DNA from: Pseudobacteriovorax sp.
GTDB lineage: Bacteria > Bdellovibrionota_B > Oligoflexia > Oligoflexales > Oligoflexaceae
Direction of reading: 5' to 3'
Assembly (NCBI GenBank): GCA_050293845.1
Contig: JBNKNM010000057.1
Location: 1 to 27,883, forward strand
DNA: 27,883 nucleotides
The notes beneath the pieces are model-generated. The model saw only the letters and a program-made list of their open reading frames with translations, was not told the DNA's origin and did not search any database. This document shows, in pieces, positions 1 through 7,721 of the stretch (position 1 is its first letter; each line of letters starts with the position of its first letter). The position numbers were made by a program, and so were the translations under genes.

Positions 1-461
1 AGCTTCGCTGACACTCCTACTCCAACTTCGGTTTCATAGTCATGGTCCTTGAGTAAGGGTAAGTTAGACCTCTGATTGGGAGTCATATAAAGAAATTTAG
101 TACCTACCATGAGGTAAGTGGGATGATACAATCTTATGATGTAGTAAGATTCGTTACTTAACGATAGTAAAGCTAGCTCTCGATCTATATCCTTACGCTT
201 CAAGCTTTTAAATCCCAGAGATATGCCAACCCCCCAATGGCGACTCAAGAAGTGACTATAGCCAAAAAGGAGGTTTCTTTTAGCGGATACAAAATAAGTG
301 TTACCATTAGCAGTTGGATAGTTTTCAGCTAACTCGATTGTTATATAATCCTTGCCAAAAGGATTTAGCGCGGCATCAGAATTCGCTAGAGCCGATTCAC
401 CGATGGTCCCGCCAAGCACTAAGGTCATAAACAGAAAAATTTTAGGAGCAGTTGTGATCAC
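1..461 (-). CDS. Exported hypothetical protein, possibly an outer-membrane beta-barrel; 3' end runs off the window; not in the ORF track
   Basis: Manual translation of the minus strand is stop-free from about 630 to 1: VITTAPKIFLFMTLVLGGTIGESALANSDAALNPFGKDYITIELAENYPTANGNTYFVSAKRNLLFGYSHFLSRHWGVGISLGFKSLKRKDIDRELALLSLSNESYYIIRLYHPTYLMVGTKFLYMTPNQRSNLPLLKDHDYETEVGVGVSAK. Signal-peptide-like N-terminus ending SALA and amphipathic Gly/aromatic strands. Start is GTG 461 or ATG 428 (uncertain). Confidence 0.7.
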   Translation of the reverse strand, partial: MITTAPKIFLFMTLVLGGTIGESALANSDAALNPFGKDYITIELAENYPTANGNTYFVSAKRNLLFGYSHFLSRHWGVGISLGFKSLKRKDIDRELALLSLSNESYYIIRLYHPTYLMVGTKFLYMTPNQRSNLPLLKDHDYETEVGVGVSAK

Positions 462-1767
462 AGTCGATACCCATAAAGGCAATAAGATTCCACTTTCAGA
501 ATGGGAGCTTAGTTTACTCTTTATTTTTATTATTTCCATAGTTTTACCACCTGCGCCACAAGCTATTTCAACAACTCTTGTAGCATTCTGGTTTATATAT
601 CGGCGAGGTTGGCAGACCCTATTTTCTGATCAAAACTCACAGTTACGTTTAAGACTTTTAAAAATTATCGGCTTGGGGATCGGACTTTCTACATTATGTC
701 ATATTATAGGATTAATAGCTCAATATACCTCATCAAACAGCGACTTTTTTACAATTTTTCGCGGTTATTTTAGATTAATAGGTAAGCAAGGCATCTGGGG
801 GATCTTCATGATTATGGCGCTACACTATGCTAAAATCAGAGGATTTACTCTTCAGACCCTTAACCGTGCTCTAATCCTGGCAATTACCTTGTTATTTCTA
901 TATATGCTTGCACAGCGATATTGGGGCATTGACTGGGTTCATGGCTTTTCTGCTAAAATACCTGACAATCGCTTTAGCTCAGGTGTTTATCGAGCTGCAG
1001 GTATGATGTCTCATCCCCTTTCTTTTTCCTATAATGCTGCATTGCTATCTCTCATTTTTTTGGGATACTTATATTACAGTCCAACAACAAAGCAGCAGCA
1101 AATGATTTGGGGACTTTGTGGAATATTGACTTTTTTTACCCTACTACTAAGCAATTCAAGGTGGCCTACAATCATTTGTCTTTTCTTGGGTTTGTTTCTT
1201 GTTTTTGTAAAAAATAAGACAATTTTCTTTAAAAAAAAGTTCCTCGCTGTAGTGCTGTTACTTGGTACCGTAACTATATTTGCCACCAAAGATCGTGTGA
1301 GTGAGATCCTAGTAGGATCTGGTAGTATTCAAGACCGTGTACCCCGACTGGTATTTTGGGAGGTTCATTGGCACATATTTAAAGAACACCCCATAATAGG
1401 TATCGGCTATGTTGGTAAAGAAGTTCCCACTGTGGATCAATACAATAAGTTAGGTTATAATAGCATAGAGAGAAAATACGCAGCTCATAATATATTTCTA
1501 CAAACCCTAGCAGACTCAGGCATCGTCGGGTTCTTAGGTTTAGCAAGTCTTTTGGGTTGTTTAACGTTTTCTTCTATGATGCTTTTTCGTAGGGTTGGCA
1601 ACCCGCTCCTTCTTGTCATCACGGCTTTTACGATGCTCGGCGGGCTCATGCAAAATAACCTTCGTGACAGTGAGTATTTATTTGCTCTATGGTTAGCAAT
1701 TGGCATTAGCACCATAATGGATTGGGATAAAAGTATTGCAGCAAGAGGTAAAGTCAAAGATCTCTAA
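454..1767 (+). CDS. O-antigen ligase / Wzy_C family membrane protein
   Basis: Many hydrophobic segments; RAAGMMSHP, LSNSR, R-x-x-x-W...HPIIGIG and AHNIFLQTLADSGIVG motifs typical of Wzy_C. Start moved from TTG 352 to in-frame GTG 454, which follows AGGAG (444-448); 352-453 overlaps the opposite-strand ORF. Confidence 0.85.
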   Translation: MITVDTHKGNKIPLSEWELSLLFIFIISIVLPPAPQAISTTLVAFWFIYRRGWQTLFSDQNSQLRLRLLKIIGLGIGLSTLCHIIGLIAQYTSSNSDFFTIFRGYFRLIGKQGIWGIFMIMALHYAKIRGFTLQTLNRALILAITLLFLYMLAQRYWGIDWVHGFSAKIPDNRFSSGVYRAAGMMSHPLSFSYNAALLSLIFLGYLYYSPTTKQQQMIWGLCGILTFFTLLLSNSRWPTIICLFLGLFLVFVKNKTIFFKKKFLAVVLLLGTVTIFATKDRVSEILVGSGSIQDRVPRLVFWEVHWHIFKEHPIIGIGYVGKEVPTVDQYNKLGYNSIERKYAAHNIFLQTLADSGIVGFLGLASLLGCLTFSSMMLFRRVGNPLLLVITAFTMLGGLMQNNLRDSEYLFALWLAIGISTIMDWDKSIAARGKVKDL

Positions 1768-2515
1768 CCCCGACCGTATTCTACGCATCATTATGCGTAT
1801 GTGTGAAGGTGGGATGTATGCACTGATCCGCACAGATAATGATAGTAAGATCGGTATTCGCTCTAATTTCTATATGGTAGAATCTCACACAAGCCCGCAA
1901 CGTGTTTTCTTTAATGGAATTTCTGAATATGGACTAGAAAAACTAAAAGAAGGTGAAAGCGTGAGATTTGAAGTTATTGGCATGCCTTCAAAAGTTATTT
2001 TTCAAACTCGTATCACCAAGAAACTTGGGATTGGCGGTATCATCTGTGAATTACCTCCAGCCTTAATCAGTATTGAGCGTCGATCAGCCACTAGAGCACT
2101 CACACACCCTAAATTAATGGCTTATATGAAACTTGGAATTTGGAACCCATCAAGAAAGAGCATTGATGCGCCACCTGTTTTCGATCATCATAAAGAAATT
2201 TTAAACTGGACATCTGTCTTTGACATTAGTGTTGGCGGTGTTTGCTTGAGATCCCATTTTCCTTCCGTACACAGTGCTATTATAGGTATTGAGCAAGATC
2301 GTCATGCACAATTAATACTTCCCATGCAAGACCCCATGATAACTCCAGTTCATTTTCGATGGCAAAAGAAGATCAAAAATCGCCACTCCAAAGATGGCCA
2401 TGAAAGATACCAGCTTGATTATAGAATCGGAGTGGAGTTCATACACTTGAATGATCATCAGATGACTAAAATCAAACATTTTATTCGCCAGTTAACAGTA
2501 GCCGATGCCATTTGA
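1736..2515 (+). CDS. PilZ-domain (YcgR-like) c-di-GMP receptor
   Basis: ERRSATR (RxxxR) and DISVGG (DxSxxG) motifs, C-terminal IGVEF..L, N-terminal YcgR-like region. Start uncertain (TTG 1736 or ATG 1793). Confidence 0.8.
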   Translation: MQQEVKSKISNPDRILRIIMRMCEGGMYALIRTDNDSKIGIRSNFYMVESHTSPQRVFFNGISEYGLEKLKEGESVRFEVIGMPSKVIFQTRITKKLGIGGIICELPPALISIERRSATRALTHPKLMAYMKLGIWNPSRKSIDAPPVFDHHKEILNWTSVFDISVGGVCLRSHFPSVHSAIIGIEQDRHAQLILPMQDPMITPVHFRWQKKIKNRHSKDGHERYQLDYRIGVEFIHLNDHQMTKIKHFIRQLTVADAI

Positions 2516-2522
2516 GGGTCTT

Positions 2523-3254
2523 ATGAAGAAGATCATATTATTGGTTTTGTCTTTGTCAGTATCCGCTCAAGCCGACAAGCAAGTGGTGTCACCATCCTCT
2601 CAATATACAGAAAGCTTAGAACTAAAATTAGCCAAACTGTGGGGTCGTTTTGATGAGCTTGAAATCAAAGTTAAAAAGCAAGCTGAACGAATTAAAATTT
2701 TAGAGCAAGGTCTCATGCTCGGGGTCATACCCGATGAACTTATCAAGGATAAATTAAACTTAGCGACAGATCCCAACCAAGATCCCCTTGGTTGGGGAGA
2801 TGCAAAACCAAGTCCCCCCCCAAAGCCCTCACCTAAGGTGGACCAAAGACAGCCTCATATCAAAGATAAGCTCAGTTACGATGAGCTTCTTAAAAAAGCT
2901 CAGCAGGCATTCAGCAGTGGCAGCTATGGCCCAGCAATCGCTTACTACCAACGAATTGAAAAACACTATTCCGCAAGAACTGCGGAAGGTCAGACAAGTT
3001 TTTGGATTGGCCTATCCTGGTACTACCTCAAGGAATTCGAACAGGCTAGTGAACAATTTTTACATCTTATAAATTCACGGCCCACCAGTCCTTGGATTCC
3101 TAAAGCAAAGTTTTACCAGGCAAAAATTTCTCTGCTCCAGGGACTACCTCATAAAGCACTAAAACAGTTCAACGAACTGATAGCTGCCTATCCTAATAGT
3201 GATACTTCGGAAATGGCCTCTTACGAAATAAAACTACTAAAAGAAAGATTATAG
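2523..3254 (+). CDS. Exported coiled-coil + TPR protein (CpoB/YbgF- or BamD-like)
   Basis: Signal peptide MKKIILLVLSLSVSAQA from ATG 2523 (GAGGG upstream), coiled coil, Pro-rich linker, three TPR-like repeats ending LIAAYPNS. Confidence 0.75.
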   Translation: MKKIILLVLSLSVSAQADKQVVSPSSQYTESLELKLAKLWGRFDELEIKVKKQAERIKILEQGLMLGVIPDELIKDKLNLATDPNQDPLGWGDAKPSPPPKPSPKVDQRQPHIKDKLSYDELLKKAQQAFSSGSYGPAIAYYQRIEKHYSARTAEGQTSFWIGLSWYYLKEFEQASEQFLHLINSRPTSPWIPKAKFYQAKISLLQGLPHKALKQFNELIAAYPNSDTSEMASYEIKLLKERL

Positions 3255-5156
3255 ATGAAACGGATCGTTTTAGTAAGTTTGTTATGGGGACACAGCACTC
3301 TTGCTACAGCGCAGAATCAAGTCAATGTTGACGAGTTGAATAATTTGGAAGAAGGTTTTGAAAATAATGAACTTCAACTTGAGGAAGAAGGTAATGACAA
3401 GCTTCAGAGTCAAAATGGAAAACTTAACACATCAGAAAATAGCCAAGAAACAAATTTAAATCTAAATTTGGAGGAAAATATTCAGCAACAGGAAAACGCG
3501 AATTTGAACAGTGCCAACACTGTCAATAACCCTGGTGATGACGAACTGCTAGAAAATAATATTAATAGTGGCCAAAATTTTGATCAAAACTTAAATACAT
3601 CGGCAGATCAGATCAATCCATCCCAAGACAGTGCGAGTAGTGATCTGAACAATAACACGTCCTTAAACAATAATCTTGGAAATATAGAACCCCCTATAAA
3701 TGATGAATCCCTCGGCACCCTTCTTGACAACACAGCTCAAAACGATAACTTTAACTCCGAAAATGCTACCACAGAGGGAAAAAATACTGCTCTAAATCCA
3801 GTCCAGGACGACATTTTCCTGCAAAACGATCTAACTCCGGCAAATGAAATTCCTCAGACGGATGGCAGCCCCTTAAACAACACTGAACTCATTGATCAGC
3901 CGGCAAACTTTATTTTGGATCTCAATTCACAGCAAAATCAAGGCGCTCTCCAAGCTCCTGTCGAACCTGATGTAGAGATGTTAACCGATCCCTCACCGCC
4001 ATCACAAACTGTGCTCAATATGGTGCAAGAACCCAATTTGTTCTCGGGTGCGCCCCCTATTCCTGGCTCCTTACGCAACCTCATTGAGGGTGAAGCTCCC
4101 GAGGAGTATGGTGTAGAACTCGGTGATACGCTCTATGATATCTGCGATCAACTTTTAGACGAAGCCGGGTACTGGCCTAAGCTATGGGCCTTAAACCCGT
4201 ATATCACCAACCCCCATTTTATATATCCCGGCATGCGACTCAGATTTTTCAGTGGCGATGCGGTGACTCCCCCCTTTCTACAAGTCATCACCGAAGATGA
4301 AGTTGTACCTGTTGACACAGCCGAGATTAGGCGAGAAGAAATCTTGCAACAAGATATATCTAAACTGTTAACGCGTGCCGAACGTCCCGATCGTACTCCT
4401 GTAGTTCTTCCTGAAGAAATGGAAGAATTTCCCGAAATCGACGAGGCTTTTTTACGCCAAGGAGATATTTTTTCTAGCGATAACTTTTCTGTCATCTTAC
4501 CAGCCTTTATTTTCGCCTCCAAAAAAAAACCATTGGCAACTATTGTGGGAGGGACAGCAGGTTCGTTTCTGATGGATCAAGGGCAAGATATTATTATGCA
4601 AGCGGAAGATACTTCTGAGGACCTAAGGGGCACACTTTCAGTTCTACGTTTCTCACAAGAGGTTTACCACCCTCAAGATGATCGTTTAGTGGGGTATCGG
4701 TATGAATTTATCGGTCATATCGGAAGTTTTAAGTTAATCGACCCAGACGAACAGCTAGTTGCGGGAAAAGTTATTTTCAGTCGCTTGGGACTAAGGCCTG
4801 GGGACATTGTCACCTCCTTTACCTCTGTAAAGCGACAAGTCCCTCATACATTTTCCTCCCGTAGCATCGGCAATCAAACGGTCATTGGTTTTGACTACCC
4901 CGAATCACGGATGGGGGGACGCGGGTCTTTTGTGCTTTTAGATCGCAATGCAAACGATAGCCTTAAAGCAGGTACCACCGTAAGAATTTTTCAAAATGTC
5001 AGGCAGAATGCAGGAATTTTTTCTAATAGCATCCTCCCTGACTTTAAGAAATTTGTTGCAGAAGCCTACATTCTTGACAAAAGCGACCGTGCAACTATTG
5101 CTTACATAATCCATGATAGGTTTGAAGTGAAGATTGGTGACAAAACCAATCTGTGA
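3255..5156 (+). CDS. LysM peptidoglycan-binding protein, TsaP-like, with long Asn/acidic N-terminal low-complexity region
   Basis: Signal peptide; GDTLYDICDQLLDEAGYWPKLWALNPYITNPHFIYPG matches the TsaP-type LysM signature; located directly upstream of dprA, as TsaP-type genes often are. Confidence 0.8.
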   Translation: MKRIVLVSLLWGHSTLATAQNQVNVDELNNLEEGFENNELQLEEEGNDKLQSQNGKLNTSENSQETNLNLNLEENIQQQENANLNSANTVNNPGDDELLENNINSGQNFDQNLNTSADQINPSQDSASSDLNNNTSLNNNLGNIEPPINDESLGTLLDNTAQNDNFNSENATTEGKNTALNPVQDDIFLQNDLTPANEIPQTDGSPLNNTELIDQPANFILDLNSQQNQGALQAPVEPDVEMLTDPSPPSQTVLNMVQEPNLFSGAPPIPGSLRNLIEGEAPEEYGVELGDTLYDICDQLLDEAGYWPKLWALNPYITNPHFIYPGMRLRFFSGDAVTPPFLQVITEDEVVPVDTAEIRREEILQQDISKLLTRAERPDRTPVVLPEEMEEFPEIDEAFLRQGDIFSSDNFSVILPAFIFASKKKPLATIVGGTAGSFLMDQGQDIIMQAEDTSEDLRGTLSVLRFSQEVYHPQDDRLVGYRYEFIGHIGSFKLIDPDEQLVAGKVIFSRLGLRPGDIVTSFTSVKRQVPHTFSSRSIGNQTVIGFDYPESRMGGRGSFVLLDRNANDSLKAGTTVRIFQNVRQNAGIFSNSILPDFKKFVAEAYILDKSDRATIAYIIHDRFEVKIGDKTNL

Positions 5157-5233
5157 AGACTAATGTGCTCCCCAAGTTAGCTTAGAGCATAAGCCAGCAA
5201 TTTAAACAGGCCTAAGATGTCATTTGCTTATTG

Positions 5234-5267
5234 ACCTCCTATCGGGAAAAAATTCCCCTAAGGAGGT
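5234..5267 (+). promoter_or_regulatory. Hairpin sequestering the dprA Shine-Dalgarno sequence
   Basis: ACCTCCT (5234-5240) is the exact complement of AGGAGGT (5261-5267); inner stem GGGAA (5244-5248) / TTCCC (5253-5257) with AAAA loop. Confidence 0.55.
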
Positions 5268-6176
5268 ATGATGAATATTCTAGACGCTACAATATCCCAT
5301 ATTTTGACTCAGCTCTGCTCCCGCTGGTTCTCCCATGATGGTTATGTAGAACTAACGGATGTGCAGATTTTCAATGATTTCTCTCTGACTGATTGGAAGC
5401 ATTATCTCGATCACTACCGGGGTGACCCTCAAAAAAATTGGACCAAAACCTTAAGTGAGAAGTTAAATAATGACAGTTCTCTTATTCTAGCTGAAATTAA
5501 TGCTATAACCGAAGATCAAGGGCAATCATATGGGTACGTATCCATATGTGACCCCAACTATCCCTGTTTGCTCAGACATATAGCACAACCACCTTATGGC
5601 CTTTTTTACCTGGGCGACCGTAAATTATGGCATCGCAAAACTGTAGCCATTGTAGGAGCTCGTAAAGTAGATAACTTTTGCGCCCAAGTCACGTTCGAGT
5701 TAGCGTATCAACTTGCACAACAGGGTTTTGTGATTGTTAGTGGGGGGGCCTTGGGTTGCGATACTGCCGCCCATCGGGGAGCCTTGCGAAGCAATCCCCA
5801 AAAAGCCTCGACCATTGCTATTTTGGCTAATGGCATCGGCAATTGGTATCCTAAACAAAACTTTAACCTGTTTACAAAGATCAAAGAGCAGTATGGATTA
5901 TTAATGACCGAACGGTTACCGGGAGCTAAGCCTCGCCCCATGGATTTTCCCATTCGTAATCGAATTATTGCGGGCTTAGTCCCCAAGGTTCTCATTATGC
6001 AAGCAGCTAAGAAATCAGGGGCTATGAATACTGCAAACACAGCGCTGGCTGAAGGTCGTGATGTACTGGTCTATACGCAAGGGGAAGCCGATATTAGGTT
6101 TCATGGCAATCAATCTCTTATAGAATATGGAGCAGAATCATTTTCATCTGTTAAAGAATATATGAATCTGATTTAG
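5268..6176 (+). CDS. dprA: DNA-processing protein DprA (Smf)
   Basis: YPCLLRHIAQPPYGLFYLG, VAIVGAR, IVSGGALGCDTAAHRGAL, FPIRNRIIAGL, KSGAMNTA, GNQSLI motifs. No C-terminal winged-helix. The second ATG (5271) has better SD spacing. Confidence 0.92.
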   Translation: MMNILDATISHILTQLCSRWFSHDGYVELTDVQIFNDFSLTDWKHYLDHYRGDPQKNWTKTLSEKLNNDSSLILAEINAITEDQGQSYGYVSICDPNYPCLLRHIAQPPYGLFYLGDRKLWHRKTVAIVGARKVDNFCAQVTFELAYQLAQQGFVIVSGGALGCDTAAHRGALRSNPQKASTIAILANGIGNWYPKQNFNLFTKIKEQYGLLMTERLPGAKPRPMDFPIRNRIIAGLVPKVLIMQAAKKSGAMNTANTALAEGRDVLVYTQGEADIRFHGNQSLIEYGAESFSSVKEYMNLI

Positions 6177-6307
6177 GAATAATGTTAGTCAGTTATTTAT
6201 TTTATTTTGCTTTCCTAGGTACAAAGCTTTAGTCTAGTTATATAGCGATTCCAAATTAATGTATCCAGACGATTATTCCTTCTTAAGGACATTGAAAGGG
6301 AGGTCTG

Positions 6308-6808
6308 ATGAAGAAGGCTGCTTCTAGCCCGTCTCACTGGTGGTCTGTAGTCCAATCCATGGCTGATTTGGTTGCATCCGGCTACGATGAACTAGAACTT
6401 ACCGAGCAATATGTTAAGGAAACCTTGCTGGGAAAAGGTTTTGCAGAAGACGCCATATCTACCGCATTTACCTGGGTTGAAAAAGCAGTTAACTCAGGAA
6501 CAGTTAACGAATCCCTTGCTATGCTGCAGCGACAGTCAACGGGACTACGTGTCATTAATCCATTAGAAGAGGTTTGCTTTTCCTCGTCGATTTGGTCACG
6601 AATTGAACTATGTAGGCAAAAAGGGTTAATCACAGATGAAGCTATGGAGCGTCTCTTAGAAGGTGCCAGGGTCATTGATACAAGAGACTGGGAGGATGAT
6701 GAAGTCACCAATCTTCTAGCGGAAATGTTGTTTGCTTTTAACCCCGGGAACTCTGAGGATGATTATCTGCAAATGTTGCAACGCTGCGTTCCGCACTATT
6801 ACTGCTAG
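6308..6808 (+). CDS. smg: Smg / DUF494 family protein
   Basis: LLGKGFAEDAISTAFTWVE ... LRVINPLEE ... GLITDEAMERLL pattern, acidic 166 aa, canonical position after dprA; GGAGG RBS. Confidence 0.75.
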   Translation: MKKAASSPSHWWSVVQSMADLVASGYDELELTEQYVKETLLGKGFAEDAISTAFTWVEKAVNSGTVNESLAMLQRQSTGLRVINPLEEVCFSSSIWSRIELCRQKGLITDEAMERLLEGARVIDTRDWEDDEVTNLLAEMLFAFNPGNSEDDYLQMLQRCVPHYYC

Positions 6809-6836
6809 TACCTAGGAAGGCTCAAGGAGTCTTTCT

Positions 6837-7721
6837 ATGATCAATATACTTCTAAACTACTTCAAAGATCCAGGCATTGAGGAAATCTTCCTCAATGGTA
6901 CCCATCAACTTACTCTAGTTATGAGTAATGGTGATAGACAGCACCTACCTACTCCCAAGATTACGGAGCAAGCTTTAATTGCGAGAATACAAGAGTTTTC
7001 CTGGCAACAGGGTATCCGTATGGACCCTTTAAGACCTGCTGGTGGTGGTATTATCAAAAGCCACGGGGATTTCTTATATCGCTGGCACAGTGTGCTTCCT
7101 CCCGCATCCCCATCAGGTCCTCTGCTGTCACTCAGAAAGCTGCTGTTTAACAGCATTCCTTTAGAAGCTTTCCATCAAGATCCAAACTTGATGGCACAAC
7201 TCAAAGAGCTAGTATCCTATGACCTGGTTTTCTTTGCTGGTGAAACCGGCGCTGGGAAAACAACCTTATTGACTAGCCTCGCTTCAGCTTTACTTTATAC
7301 CCAGCGGGTATTTATCATTGAAACCATTTCGGAAATCAATCAGGTCTCACCCCATTGGGTTCAGCTACTGACTAGGGGGGCTGATATTGAGGGAAGAGGT
7401 CTCTTAAATTGTGATGATCTAGTACGAGAATGCTTACGATTGAGACCAGATCGATTTATTTTTGGCGAGATCCGCAGCCACGAAGCTCGTACCCTTCACC
7501 ATTTAGCAAGTACAGCAAGTGCCGGTGTGTGGACTACCATCCACACTGCAAACCCTGAGCACCTGATCCCACGCCTTAGTATATTGGGAAACTTACAAGC
7601 CAAGACCTGGAATGATCTTTTCACAAATCTAAGGGTAGCCTATGTTCAACTGCAGCGAAAAAGCCCGCGACTTACAGGGATTTTTCGCTACCACCATGAT
7701 CAGTTTGTCGTATTTTCTTAG
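6837..7721 (+). CDS. CpaF/TadA/VirB11-family secretion ATPase (short, orphan)
   Basis: DPGIEEIFLNG, IRMD...P, GPLLSLRK, Walker A GETGAGKTT, IETISE, LRLRPDRFIFGEIRSHEA (Walker B), TTIH; AAGGAG RBS. Confidence 0.8.
   Translation: MINILLNYFKDPGIEEIFLNGTHQLTLVMSNGDRQHLPTPKITEQALIARIQEFSWQQGIRMDPLRPAGGGIIKSHGDFLYRWHSVLPPASPSGPLLSLRKLLFNSIPLEAFHQDPNLMAQLKELVSYDLVFFAGETGAGKTTLLTSLASALLYTQRVFIIETISEINQVSPHWVQLLTRGADIEGRGLLNCDDLVRECLRLRPDRFIFGEIRSHEARTLHHLASTASAGVWTTIHTANPEHLIPRLSILGNLQAKTWNDLFTNLRVAYVQLQRKSPRLTGIFRYHHDQFVVFS

Noticed and set aside
352..453. Track N-terminus of the 471-aa ORF (TTG 352)
   Set aside because: No SD, overlaps a convincing opposite-strand gene, and GTG 454 has AGGAG at good spacing.
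5212..5240. Minus-strand AGGAGGT followed by an ATG as a hidden antisense gene
   Set aside because: The frame stops after three codons (MTS), so the sequence is better explained as the anti-SD arm of the dprA hairpin.
7718..7721. Overlapping stop codons of the convergent ATPase and rhlB genes (similar 1-nt gap at 12905)
   Set aside because: Common in compact genomes; no additional signal.
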